This document shows positions 12,515 through 25,500 of a stretch of DNA of 64,000 nucleotides, in pieces. The DNA lies in NCBI GenBank assembly GCA_964016885.1, contig OZ024741.1, forward strand, positions 332,258,001 through 332,322,000. The letters are read 5' to 3'. Positions within the stretch are counted from its first letter, which is position 1, and the number at the start of each line of letters is the position of its first letter. Source of the stretch: Eledone cirrhosa. Lineage: Eukaryota. Under the pieces are notes generated by a model that saw only the letters and a program-made list of their open reading frames with translations, was not told the origin of the DNA and made no database searches. The translations under genes were made by a program, and so were the position numbers.

Positions 12515-13110
12515 CATGGTGGTGATGGTAGTGGTTGTGGTGGTAGTAATGGTGGTGATGGTTGTGGTTGTGGTGGTAGTAATGGTGGTGATGGTTGTGG
12601 TTGTGGTGGTAGTAATGGTGGTGATGGTTGTGGTTGTGGTGGTAGTAATGGTGGTTGTTTTTGTGGTAGTGTTAATGGTGATGATGGAGGAGTAGGTGGT
12701 GGTTGTAAGAGTGGTGGTGATAGTGTTGGTTGAGGTGGTAGTGGTGGTGATGTTGATAGTAGAGGTAGTTGTGGTGGTGGTGGTTTTAGTGTGAGAGAAG
12801 ACAAACAGTGAGAAAGAAAAATAGTGAGGAAGATAGATTGATAGACAGTGAGAGAGGAAAAAGAGTGATAGAAAGAGATACAGAGAGAGGGAGAAAGAGA
12901 AAGAAAAATAGGGAGGGTGATAGATATAGAGAGAGGGGGAGAAAATAGATAGAGAGAGGGGGGGAAAATAGATGGAGGGGGGGGGGCAGAAAATAGAGAG
13001 AAAGAAAGAAAAAGAGGAAGGGAGATAGAGAGAGGAAGGGAGATAGAGAGAGAAAGGAGGTAGATAGATAGAGACTGAGAGAGAGAGAGAGAAAATGGAG
13101 AGAGAAAGAA
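12515..13110. repeat. GGT-rich 33-bp repeat followed by GA-rich low-complexity tract
   Basis: Direct reading. Confidence 0.9.
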
Positions 13111-13299
13111 AGAAGTGGTCTTTTGTTTCTTTATCAACATTCTATTCTGTAGTTTTATGAATACTTTCATAATTAAATACACTTTTACACAAAGAGGGGT
13201 TTCATTATTTTTGCATTGATTTCAATGCAAGGTGATAATAAATAGCAAGAACATTTCTTTGTCTTTTCTTTCTTTTCCATCTTTTTTTTCTTTCTTCAG

Positions 13300-13339
13300 A
13301 TTGTCTAAGATTATTCCAATCACATCCCTGAAACAGTGA
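13300..13339 (+). other. Candidate small (possibly terminal) exon
   Basis: ~45-nt polypyrimidine tract ending ttcttcag; if joined to 6306-6337 it reads ..RRLSKIIPITSLKQ* or ..EDCLRLFQSHP*; aataaa at ~13439. Confidence 0.3.
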
Positions 13340-14024
13340 GAAAACTTTCATTACTCTTATGTTTTCTTAGCATTAATGGCAGAACGAAGTAGAAAATAGC
13401 TGATATTTGTAAAGCCTGATATCTAGTTCAGTAAGCATAATAAAGAAGGCCATTTTTTTTTTGTGTGTTTGTATTGTTTTATTTTATTTTATTTTTATTT
13501 TATTTTATTTTTTCTCTTTTTATTGTACTGAAGCAAAAACAAAAGAAACACTAAAAGAAAACACACACACAAAAAAAAGTAATAGATATTGGCAAAGAAT
13601 ACTTTCTTGCTTATTACTGCTTATAGAATTTCATAGATAGAATGTATTTTTTTTGTTTTGTTTTAAATGAATATATAATTATCTTTTTTGTTTGGGGTTG
13701 TTGCTCTTATTTTGTTTTTTAATGAGATTTTAATTTAGGACTTGGTAGATTTACAATAGGAATTTAATTTAAATATTTGAAAAGTTAATAGATAAAAAAA
13801 ACTGAAATAGAAAATATAAAAAAAAAACATGAAATGAAAAACCTAAAAAACCATACATATACACATGTACCCCCCCCCCCCCCCCACACACACACACTCC
13901 ACCCCAACCACCCCCCACACACAAACACACAAATAGAATAACAGAAATAAGATTTTAGTTTTGTTTATCTAAATTGTTTCTTTCTGAAATTTTGAAACCA
14001 ATTTTAGGGATTCTCTCTTTTCAA

Positions 14025-14960
14025 GTGAAGGTAGATTATATGTAGCCTGTGTAATGTGAAGGGTAGATTATATGTAGCCTGTCTAATGTGAAGGGCAGAT
14101 TATATATTGCCTGTGTAATGTGAAGGGTAGATTGTATGATGTCTGTGAAGGGGAGATTATATATTGCCTGCGTAATGTGAAGGGTAGATTATATATTGCC
14201 TGTGTAATGTGAAGGGTAGATTGTATGATGTCTGTGAAGGGGAGATTATATATTGCCTGCGTAATGTGAAGGGTAGATTATATATTGCCTGTGAAATGTG
14301 AAGGGCAGATTGTATGTAGCCTGTGTAATGTGAAGGGCAGATTGTATGTAGCCTGTGAAATGTGAAGGGCAGATTGTATGTAGCCTGTGTAATGTGAAGA
14401 GCAGATTGTATGTAGCCTGTGTAATGTGAAGGGCAGATTGTATGTAGCCTGTGTAATGTGAAGGGCAGATTGTATGTAGCCTGTGTAATGTGAAGGGTAG
14501 ATTGTATGTAGCCTGTGTAATGTGAAGGGCAGATTGTATATTGCCTGAGTAATGTGAAGGGTAGATTGTATGATGTCTGTGAAGGGGAGATTATATGTTG
14601 CCTGAGTAATGTGAAGGGTAGATTATATGGTGCCTGGGTAATCATCACCATCACCATTGTTTAACGTCTATCTTCCAATTGTATGATGTCTGTGTAATGT
14701 AAAGTGTAGATTGTATGACATCTGTGTAATGTAAAGTGTAGATTGTATGACATCTGTGTAATGTGAAGGGTAGATTGTATGACATCTGTGTAATGTGAAG
14801 GGTAGATTGTATGACATCTGTGTAATGTGAAGGGTAGATTGTATGATGTCTATGTAATATAAAGTGTAGATTGTATGACATCTGTGTAATGTGAAGGGTA
14901 GATTGTATGACATCTGTGTAATGTGAAGGGTAGATTGTATGTTACCAGTGTAATGTGAAA
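14025..14960. repeat. 32-bp minisatellite (gtgaagggcagattgtatgtagcctgtgtaat), two sub-arrays
   Basis: Tandem units read directly; interrupted at 14640-14678. Confidence 0.95.
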
Positions 14961-15166
14961 TGCATTGTTGCATTGTAGTGAGGTACTGAGAAATGGGTGT
15001 TGAGTGCACAAGATTTGTGAGAATTAGTAATTCATAAATCAGGTAGACTTTGGTGGATGTGCAAAGTTAACCGTACATGATTCTGTGTTTATACTTATTT
15101 AAAAATCTTCCATCATAATGTTATGTCAGAACCTTTGTTAAGTTATGTTCCAAAGTTTAACTTAAT

Positions 15167-15357
15167 AATTGTTTCTATTTTGGGCACAGGGCCAGCAATT
15201 ATCCCAGTGCATTACTGGTACTTTATTTTATCGACCCCGTAAGGATGAAAGGCAAAGTTAACCTCAGCGGGATTTGAACTCAGACCATAAAGGGCTGTAA
15301 TTCTATGCTGCAAAGTATGACGTCTGACCCTCTACTGATACTGCCAATACACCACCT
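15167..15357 (-). mobile_element. Meta-like tRNA SINE
   Basis: Same family as 5177-5367. Confidence 0.85.
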
Positions 15358-16573
15358 TAAGTTTAACTTAATAATGGAGAAGTTTGGTACTTTTTTTACT
15401 AAACACTTTGAAAATATTGATTATTTTTAAAAGTTATTTTAAACATGTAGGCAGTGTGTCATATTGAAAACATTAACAGTTAGAATATCTTAAAACCTCT
15501 TGTCAAAAGTTGGAGTAGGGAGAAGACAGAATTTCACACTGAATAAACTTCTTTGTTTTGTAAGAAGTGAAAGAGCTGTTGGTCTACTCCAGAGGTTCCC
15601 AACTTTTTGTGCACCGCCCCCACCTCAACATCTCAAAAATTGTTATGCTCTCCTTGGATATGAAAACAAATTGAGTTTTGTAAAACTATATTATAAAATT
15701 AAATCCAGATGTACAATAACATGTGTGGAGGAGGTGAGACAGGAGTTTCCGACAGTAATGTGTACCAAAGTTGACTTGGTGTAAAAGTTGTTCAGGTAAA
15801 ACCTGAAGTTTGTTCTCATTAACATCATTTTCAAATTGCAGCCCCTGTGGGGCATATGACCCATGCTAGGAATCAGTTTTACTCTGATCAGATATTCCTC
15901 AAAACAAAGGCACACCAACCAGATTTTTAATTCTTTCATTACCGTATTTCTAATGAAGACACTCTATTTCAAGTGATTAATGAAGAATTTTGAGATATTT
16001 ACTAAAATTATTAATTATTTCCTTAGTAAGATATAGCTCTTATATAAAATTATGTTGGAATTATCACCACCACCACCACCACCATCATCCTCATTATCAT
16101 CCTCATCATTATTTAATGTCTACTCTCCCAGCTATCAATACTTAAGTAGAGTTACTGATATCTGAGATGAACCAGGGGTCGACATCTCATTTACTTACGT
16201 TCCCATGCTCTACCAGGTACTCTTGTGGGTAGGGGGTCCCACATCTCACTTACAAAACAATCCCATGCTCTACCAACTGTATTTTATTATGGCACCAGCA
16301 CTAGGGAAGTTTTCTATGACTGGATACCCTTCCTATTACCAATCATTTTACAGAGTGTAGTGGGTGCATTTAGCATGTAAATCACCCAAAATTTGGTAGT
16401 TTGTTATGATTTTGAAACCGCTGAAGAGTTCTTCCAACTCTTTGACTGGAATATTTTTAAATATAAACACTAACTCTTCTGTGATTATATTTCTAATGAA
16501 ATACATTATTTCAATTGATTAATGAAGAATTTGAAGGGATTTACTAAATTTATTAATTATTTCATTAATAAGA

Positions 16574-16798
16574 TGGGTGGGGGATTAGCAGTATTAGTAG
16601 AGTCTCAGACACCTTGCTTCACAGCATAGAGTTACAGCTCTATATGTTCTGAGTTCAAATCCCACTGAGGTTAGCTTTGCTTTTCATCCTAACAGGGGTT
16701 GATAAAATAAAACACCAGTAATGCACTAGGGTCAGTTTTATCGACTTTTTCCTCTCCTCCAAAATTGTTGGACTTGTGCCTAAATCAGAAACCATTAT
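16574..16798 (+). mobile_element. Meta-like tRNA SINE (longer subfamily)
   Basis: gagttcaaatccc B box and gcttttcatcctaacaggggttgataaaataaa. Confidence 0.8.
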
Positions 16799-16895
16799 TA
16801 AGATTGTAACTTAACATATGATTCTTACTCTTTTACTATTTTACCTGTTCCAGCCATCTGGCTGAGGCCATGCTGGGGCACTGCCCTTGAAGTAA

Positions 16896-17001
16896 ATGCT
16901 TACAGCACCTAGGTTTCCCAAGCGGTCACCCATCTAAGTACTAACTAGGCTCGACATTGCTTAACTTCGCTGATCGGATGAGAACCAGTGTTTTCAGTGT
17001 G
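16896..17001 (-). pseudogene. 5S rRNA pseudogene, 5'-truncated
   Basis: Minus strand reads ctgaaaacactggttctcatccgatcagcgaagttaagc..gttagtacttagatgggtgaccgcttgggaaacctaggtgctgtaagc, recognisable eukaryotic 5S with internal control region; single copy. Confidence 0.9.
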
Positions 17002-17186
17002 AAATAAATTATGTCAGAATGTTTTTAGATATAAACACTTTAACACTTTTGAAACTATATTTCTAATAAAATGGACTATCTCAATTGATTTATGATGAAT
17101 TTTGAGGGATTTACTAAAATTATTAATTATTTCATTGATTATGTTGGAAGATTTCAATTTAAGTAAGAATCCTTTAAAATGTTTAA

Positions 17187-17407
17187 CACTTTAGCAATTA
17201 AACCGGCCGTATCCGGTCAGAATTCTCTCACCTTTTTCTGTTCAAACCAGCAGTAACCAGCCAGTCATACTTATGTTAAGGTATTATTCTCAAAATAAAC
17301 AATATCAAAATTTCATAGATTCACTATTATGTGAGATAATTATGTGAAGTAAAACCTTTACCATGAAAATATAACAGTAAATATAGAGTAATGTAAATGC
17401 TAAAGGG
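17187..17407. mobile_element. piggyBac-like TTAA MITE (copy 1)
   Basis: TTAA|cactttagca ... tgctaaaggg|TTAA; homologous to 39657-39865. Confidence 0.8.
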
Positions 17408-17479
17408 TTAATATTGTTTCATAGAACCAAACTGTGTTTATCTCAGTTTTATTGATGTTAAGTGACTGAGAATGGAAGA

Positions 17480-17700
17480 CTCATCCCTGGACAGGACACC
17501 AGTCCATTGCAGGGTTAAACTCTCCTCTCTCAAGCTACTGCTAGTACACATTTTCAACTAGCTAAGTAGATTTGGATTGCAGCAATGTACAATGAAGGGT
17601 TTTGTTTAAGAACACAATGTATCTCCAGGCCCAAGAATTGAACCCACAACATTATGATCCTAAATTCAACACCCTAAATATTTGGCCATGTCACTTTACT
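17480..17700 (-). mobile_element. Decayed V-domain-like SINE
   Basis: Minus strand aaccctgcaatggactggtgtcctgtccagggatg and a degenerate tRNA head. Confidence 0.55.
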
Positions 17701-18043
17701 GCATGTATGACTAGTTTATTTTCAACTTACTTCTTCTTTGAACATACACGCACATATACACACATACATACACATACATACACATACATATACACACATC
17801 TATACGCACATAAACAAATATATACACAGATACATACACACACTATTACACACATGCATACACATATACACACACATACACACACATACACACATATATA
17901 CACACATACATACACTTATACACATACATATACACATACGTTCACACATACATACACATATACACACACACATACATACGTACACACACATATATACACA
18001 TACACACCTATACATATACACATATACACACACACATACACAC

Positions 18044-18400
18044 CAGTGGCGAAGGGTAACCTGGAAAGCAGGGCATGCAGTCCAATCACCATGGCGGAAA
18101 GTGGGGCTGCGCAGCCTTACCCCCCCCAATTCCCTCTAAATGACCTTCCCGGTCAAAGCCGCATGTAGTGTTATCTAGTGTGTGTGTGTGTATGTATGCG
18201 TGTATGTATGCGTGTATGTATGTGTGTGTGTGTGTGTATGTGTGTGTGTGTGTGTGTGTGTATGTGTGTGTTATCTTTTTATGTGTCTACGGTTTAATAA
18301 GCAGCCAACATTCTGCTTGCTTCAACCGATGCAATTGATCAACTCAAGATTCTATAATGCATGCACTGCATGCGTTGCATGCACGGACCCTTCGCCCCTG
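18044..18400. mobile_element. hAT-like non-autonomous element
   Basis: TIRs cagtggcgaagggt / acccttcgcccctg (13 of 14 match); 8-bp atacacac on both sides, though the context is a microsatellite. Confidence 0.7.
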
Positions 18401-18845
18401 ATACACACACACATATATATATACATACACACACATATACACACCCATACATATACACATATACACACACACACCCACACACACACATACACACACATAC
18501 ATATATATACATACACACACATAGACACACTGACACACACATACATATACACACCCATACATATACACACATATACACACACACACATATATACACACAC
18601 ATACACACACACATATATACATACACATACATATACACACACATACACACGCACACATCCCCGTCCCTAACGCACACACTGAGGGAGGCTGGCTGGATTT
18701 CTAAATCTTTACCTGTTTTCCTGATAAATCAAGACCAAAGATCTAAGATTTCTATCTTAGGCTACACGGGGGGGGGGGGGGGGGGGGGGGTTATAGAAGA
18801 GAAGAAAAAACAAATTCTGTTACTACATTCAGTCTTTTGAATTCA

Positions 18846-19812
18846 AAGGTAGTAGTGGTGGCAGTAGTAGTAGTGTTGGTGGTAGTAGTGGTTGTGGTAG
18901 TGAAGGTAGTAGTGGTGGCAGTAGTAGTAGTGTTGGTGGTAGTAGTGGTTGTGGTAGTGAAGGTAGTAGTGGTGGCAGTAGTAGTGGTGTTGGTGGTAGT
19001 AGTGGTTGTGGTAGTGAAGGTAGTAGTGGTGGCAGTAGTAGTGGTGTTGGTGGTAGTAGTGGTTGTGGTAGTGAAGGTAGTAGTGGTGGCAGTAGTAGTG
19101 GTGTTGGTGGTAGTAGTGGTTGTGGTAGTGAAGGTAGTAGTGGTGGCAGTAGTAGTGGTGTTGGTGGTAGTAGTGGTTGTGGTAGTGAAGGTAGTAGTGG
19201 TGGCAGTAGTAGTGGTGTTGGTGGTAGTAGTGGTTGTGGTAGTGAAGGTAGTAGTGGTGGCAGTAGTAGTAGTGTTGGTGGTAGTAGTGGTTGTGGTAGT
19301 GAAGGTAGTAGTGGTGGCAGTAGTAGTGGTGTTGGTGGTAGTAGTGGTTGTGGTAGTGAAGGTAGTAGTGGTGGCAGTAGTAGTGGTGTTGGTGGTAGTA
19401 GTGGTTGTGGTAGTGAAGGTAGTAGTGGTGGCAGTAGTAGTGGTGTTGGTGGTAGTAGTGGTTGTGGTAGTGACGGTAGTAGTGGTGGCAGTAGTAGTAG
19501 TGTTGGTGGTAGTAGTGGTTGTGGTAGTGAAGGTAGTAGTGGTGGCAGTAGTAGTAGTGTTGGTGGTAGTAGTGGTTGTGGTAGTGAAGGTAGTAGTGGT
19601 GGCAGTAGTAGTGGTGTTGGTGGTAGTAGTGGTTGTGGTAGTGAAGGTAGTAGTGGTGGCAGTAGTAGTAGTGTTGGTGGTAGTAGTGGTTGTGGTAGTG
19701 ACGGTAGTAGTGGTGGCAGTAGTAGTGGTGTTGGTGGTAGTGGAGTTAGTAATGTTGTTGGTGGTGGTAGTAGTAGTGGCGTTGGTGGTGGTAGTGTTGT
19801 TGGTGGTGGTAA

Positions 19813-19853
<41 letters not shown>

Positions 19854-19872
19854 GTGTTGTTGGTGGTGGTAA

Positions 19873-19928
<56 letters not shown>

Positions 19929-19932
19929 TTGT

Positions 19933-19976
<44 letters not shown>

Positions 19977-19980
19977 TTGT

Positions 19981-20033
<53 letters not shown>

Positions 20034-20037
20034 TTGT

Positions 20038-20096
<59 letters not shown>

Positions 20097-20130
20097 TTGG
20101 TGGTGGTAGTAGTAGTAGTAGTAGTGTTGT

Positions 20131-20186
<56 letters not shown>

Positions 20187-20187
20187 T

Positions 20188-20237
<50 letters not shown>

Positions 20238-20252
20238 TTGGTGGTAGTAGTA
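18846..20252. repeat. 57-bp GTA/GTG minisatellite grading into (GTA)n
   Basis: About 15 units of 57 bp (18846-19730), then nearly pure GTA runs. Confidence 0.95.
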
Positions 20253-20334
20253 TAGGGAAGAATATTAGAAAGTTGTTTCACTCTGGCTGACATTTCTAAA
20301 CATGAAAGCCTTTGTTGACCAAAATCCTATAAAC

Positions 20335-21262
20335 CCCCACCACCCCTCACTCCACTGCCCACTTACCCCTTGCTCCACTCTCCATCCACTCCCCACCCAC
20401 CCCTTGCTCCACTCCTTACCCACCCCTTACTACACTCCCCACCCACCCTTGCTCCACTCCATGCCACCCCTTGTCCACTCCCCACCTACCCCTTGTTCCA
20501 TTCCCCACCCACCCCTTGCTCCACTCCCCACATCCACCCCTTGCTCCACTCCCCACATCCACCCTTGCTCCACTCCCCACCCACCCTTACTCTATTCCCC
20601 ACCACCCATTGCTCAACTCCCCACCACCCATTGCAAAACTCCCCACATCCACCCCTTGCTCCACTCCCCACCCACCCTTGCTCCACTCCACACCCACCCC
20701 TTGCTCCACTCCCCACACCACCCTTTGCTCCATTCCCCACCCCCACCTCTTGCTCCACTCACCACCCACCATTCCTCCACTCCCCACCCACCATTGCTCC
20801 ACTCCACACCCACCCCTTGCTCCACTCCCACACCACCCTTTGCTCCATTCCCCACCCCACCCCTTGCACCACTCTTCACCCAGCCTTGCTCCACTCCACA
20901 CCCACCCCTTGCTCCACTCCCCACCTACCCCTTGGTCCATTCCCCACCTACCCCATGCTCCACTCCCCACCCATCCTTGCTCCACTTCCCACCTACCCCT
21001 TGCTCCACTCCCCATCCACTCCTTGTTCCACTCCCCATCCACCCCTTGTTCCACTCTCCACAGCCACCCCTTGCTACACTTCCCACACCCACCCCTGCTC
21101 CACCTATCCCCTGCCCCACTCCCCACCCACCCATGCTCTGCCCCCACCCACCACTTGCTCCACTCCCCACCCACCCCCGCTCTGTCCCCACCCACCCACC
21201 ACTTGCTCCATTCCCCAACCCTCCCCTTGCTCTGTCCCCACCCACCCACCCCCTGCTCCACT
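20335..21262. repeat. C-rich ~22-bp minisatellite (cccacccacccttgctccactc)
   Basis: Degenerate tandem units; G-run-rich on the minus strand. Confidence 0.9.
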
Positions 21263-21533
21263 TGATTTTGTCTTTCTTTTTTTCATTTTTATAGTGTCTC
21301 TATTTTCTTCCTCTCTTTTACCATAAACTTTTCACTGTTTTACTGTCTTATTTCCTAATAAATGTTATAGCATCCCTAAATTAAGATATATTCTGCTACA
21401 TTACAATAAGCTGTATTAACCCTTTCATTACTATATCTTTAATGAAATATGTTGCTTAAATCATTTTTAAAATAATCAAGAACTAAGAGATATTTAGTAA
21501 TATAGCTAACATTCTCATTATTAAGTTGGAATG

Positions 21534-21965
21534 TGGTGGTGGATTGGCAGTATCGGTAGGGACAAGATACTTTACAGTATTTTGTGGGGCCCAACTTTCT
21601 TGACCTCCTCATTGTGGGTCCTGGAAACTGATCACTGATCCTTGATCTCAGATAGGTGAACAAAAAACAAACTGAGACAGCAACATGCTCATATGAAAGA
21701 AGAACATACACACACACACAAACAAACATGCATACACACACACAGGGGCCTAAGTTTATGAACCTTCATGTGGTGGGCTCTGGAAACTGATCTCTGATCT
21801 CAGTCAGGTGAACATCAACAACCAGAATCCAACTCATATGCAAGAAGAAGACAGTATTTAGTTCTGAGTTCAAATCCTGCCAAGGTCAACTTTGCTTTTA
21901 TCCTTCTGAGAGTGGGGGGATAAAATAAAGTCTGTGTTAACTACTGGAGTCAATAAAATGAAGTA
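21534..21965 (+). mobile_element. Meta-like SINE interrupted by a ~270-bp insertion
   Basis: Head ggattggcagtatcggtag at 21541; body resumes at 21862; acagtattt on both sides of the insert; insert homologous to 60930-61078 (reverse). Confidence 0.55.
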
Positions 21966-22437
21966 CCATATAAGTGTAGGTGGTGGATTCTCAGATAGAA
22001 TGCTTTATGGTATTTGTTTCGGCTCTCTGAGTTTAAATCCTGACGAGGTCAACTTTGCCTTTCATCCTTTCGAGACCAATAAAAAAAAGTATCAGTCTAG
22101 TACTGGGGTAGATTCTTCCTCTATATCTCTTTCTCATTTCCTCTCTCTCCCTTTCTATCTTTCTCTGGAAGAAATCTGCTGGAGAGGCATGAGCTCCGGC
22201 AAGCTTTATATACCCAAGAAACACTGTATGTCAGTATCGCACCCCTACGACTCTCAGAAACCTAAAAGGACAATCAGTGAAACACCCTAACCCCTAAGCC
22301 ATGCACCTTCACATAACAACATAAGCAACAACAACAATATTGATTTGGTTTCAATAAAGAACTGAAAAAAATATTTTTTTGTTCCTTCCTCTTTTCACTC
22401 TCTATTTTTCTATTTCATCTTTTATTTCTCATTCTAA

Positions 22438-22545
22438 CTTCTGATGAAGGACTAGTGTCTGAAACATTGAGACTCTTTTCCGACTATATCAAACACTAAA
22501 CTAATATATTTCTTCATTGATATTGTGTTGTTTGCTTTGTTACTC
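22438..22545 (+). mobile_element. Decayed Penelope-like pseudo-LTR with degenerate hammerhead motif
   Basis: CTGATGA a ggac-tagt-gtct GAAAC; downstream taaactaata..tgtgttgtttgcttt recurs at 33489-33530. Confidence 0.5.
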
Positions 22546-22564
22546 CTCTTTAATTTTTGCATAT

Positions 22565-22955
22565 ATCATCATCATCACTGTTTAATGTGCATTTTCCACG
22601 CTGACATGGATTATATGAGTTATCCTGTTGTGAGCAATGCCAGGTCAGGTGACCATGTCTTGGTCATACAGAACCGATTTCTGGCTTGGTTTCTACAGCT
22701 GAATGCCCTTCCTTATGCCAACATAATTTACAGTGAGTACTGGGTGCCTTTTGTCATGATGCCTACATGACCACTTTATAGTATGGACTGGGTGCTTTTT
22801 GCCATGGAACCTACACAATCACTTTAGAGTGTGGGCAGGGCGCTTTTTGCCGTGACACCTACACAGTCACTTTACTGTTTGGGCTGGACGCTTTTAGCCG
22901 TATCACCATCACAACTACTTTACAGTGTGGGCTGGAAGCTTCACTGGATGTATAC
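22565..22955 (-). mobile_element. 48-bp-unit retroelement family copy
   Basis: Reverse-complement units cactttacagtgtggactgggtgcttttt; related to 2935-4000. Confidence 0.65.
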
Positions 22956-23157
22956 TTATATAAATAAGTTCATAAAATTTCGTTTTTGTCCAAGAAATAC
23001 ATAAAAATAGGTGAAGATAGGAGTCAAGCTCGATTATCACTATAAACCACTCAAACACTCTAAATATAATTCATGTTTGAATTGTATGAAATCTATGTTT
23101 GAAAATATTTATGTAACAATATATAACTCATAGAGTAAAAATATTATAATAATATAT

Positions 23158-23486
23158 AGGAGCTAAACAGTTAATTATATATCATTTTAATTCATTTACG
23201 ATCGTTTCTTCCATACTTTGAATTGATTACTAATTAATTACTAATGAATTAATCAAATGAAATAAAAAATTGGAATCATCAGAGGTATTAAAATGATGAA
23301 AATACAAATTAATTGTTACCTTGTAAATATTAAATTTTGATAACACTTGAGCAATATAGTAATTCTGAAGATTCCAATTTTTTTGTTTTATTTAATTAAT
23401 TAATAATTAATTATTAATCAACTCAAAATATTGAAGAAACAGTCATAAATTAATTAAAATGATATATAATTAACTGTTTTGGTCCT
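23158..23486. mobile_element. AT-rich fold-back MITE with ~130-bp imperfect TIRs
   Basis: 23165-23192 is the exact reverse complement of 23452-23479 (28 bp); imperfect symmetry continues inward. Confidence 0.7.
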
Positions 23487-23514
23487 TTATATATATATAT
23501 ATATATATACACTA

Positions 23515-24015
23515 AATGGTGTCATACTGAATGATTGGCGCAGCAGCATCATTGTCAACTGCTACAAGGGTAAAGGAGGTGCACTAGATAGAGCCATCAA
23601 GTTGGTGGACCAGGTCATGAAAGGAACAAAAAGAGTTATAGCACAGCTGATAAGAGACTGGGCTAATTTAGATGAAATGCAGTTTTGGATTTGTGCCAGG
23701 TAAATGCACCACAAATGCTCTCTTCCTTGTGAAGCAGCTACAGGAGAGGTACTTAGCTAAAATTAAGCTGCTCTACCTAACATTTGTTGATGCAGAGAAG
23801 CTTTTCACAGAATCCCTCATGCCATAATCTGGTGGGCTCTTAGAAAACTAAGAGGAGATGAGTGGCTTGTGAAGGGTGTACAAACCATGCATAGGGAAGC
23901 AGTTAGCAAAGTTAGGATTAACAACGATTATAGTGAGGAATTTAGTGTGCAGGCTGGTGTCCACCGGGGTTCTGTTCTTAGTCCTCTCCTGTTTATTATC
24001 GTTCTGCAAACTATA
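23515..24015 (+). mobile_element. RTE-clade LINE reverse transcriptase fragment (stops and frameshifts)
   Basis: DWRSSIIVNCYKGKG, LDEMQF, LYLTFVD, GVHRGSVLSPLLFIIVL. Confidence 0.92.
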
Positions 24016-24169
24016 AACTACCAAAATCCATCTCAACGGCTGAAGACCTTGGAGTTCTATGTCTTTCGTTTGTATTTTTATTTTCGAAAAATAATTCTTT
24101 AAGGTTTCCCCTTCGAAAAAATTATTTTCGTTTTGCCTTGTTTTCTTTCATTGTCTTGTCTTTTCTTTG

Positions 24170-24216
<47 letters not shown>

Positions 24217-24339
24217 TCATCATATATATATATATATATATATATCATCATCATATATATATATATATATATATACACATACATATATACATACATACAT
24301 ACATACATATATATCATCATCATCGTTATATATATATGT

Positions 24340-24745
24340 ATCATCATCATCACCATTTAACATCCATTCTTCCACGCTGGCATAAGTTAGACGAATTATC
24401 CTGTTGTGAGTAATGCCAGGTCAGGTGACCATGTCATGCTCATTCAGAACTGATTTTGGCTTGATGTCTTCAGCTGGATGCACTTCCTAGCACAAACCTC
24501 ATTTACAGAGAGTACTGGGTGCTTTTTGCCATTACGCCTACACATCCACTTTACAGTGTGGACTGCGTGCTTTTTGTCATGTCACAATCACAACCACATT
24601 ACAGTGTAGGGTGGAGGCTTCATTGGATGTATAAGTCAGCTTGTCCTCAAGGAAGATGTATGGCAGTGGGTGGGGTGGTGCATATTATACATATGCTTCA
24701 ACTTTGGCCTGTGCCTGTAGGAAGTTGGGTCTTCTGTATTACTGT
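24340..24745 (-). mobile_element. 48-bp-unit retroelement family copy
   Basis: Homologous to 22565-22955 and 2935-4000. Confidence 0.65.
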
Positions 24746-25209
24746 GTAATATGTTTAGTGGTTCACCACCAGTTAGAACTGGTCATGTTTAGTTAATCAT
24801 GATGTAATAGTAGGAAAGCACTCTACGTTATATAACTCAACAAACATTGATATTGAATCCTGTGGTTGGACCAGGAACAGAGTTAAATATTGGTTTGATT
24901 AAAATAACAGGAGGCCGACCTGGTGATCTTCCTTTAAAGTTTTATTGTTGCAAAAACACTATATATATTTCAATGGCCTGGTTACATAAGATCCTGGCAA
25001 CATCATCAGGTGTGGATTGCATAATTAGTTAATCAATAAAAGAATTATGGCAAACACAAACAGAGAAAGTACAGAAAAAATATTTGATTTGGAGATGGCC
25101 TGCAAAAGATATAATTTTTTTGCAACAATAAAACTTAAAAGGAACATCACCAGTTTGGCCTCCTATTGTTTTATTGAAACCTATATATATATGTCATCAT
25201 CATGACCAT

Positions 25210-25283
<74 letters not shown>

Positions 25284-25321
25284 CCCACTCGTATATATAT
25301 AGAGAGAGAGCGAATATTGTA

Positions 25322-25377
<56 letters not shown>

Positions 25378-25500
25378 TTTTGTAAATTATATATATATAT
25401 ATAGAGAGAGAGAGTGAGAGAATTTTGTAAATTATATATATATATAGAGAGAGAGAGAGAGGAGAGAGAATTTTGTAAATTTTATATATATATATATATA

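Noticed and set aside
16896-17001. Functional 5S rRNA gene
   Set aside because: Lacks the 5' end, carries substitutions and is not in a tandem array
18791-20293. Poly-Thr (mucin-like) and poly-Val ORFs
   Set aside because: Trinucleotide-based satellite open on both strands, with no flanking domains or splice context
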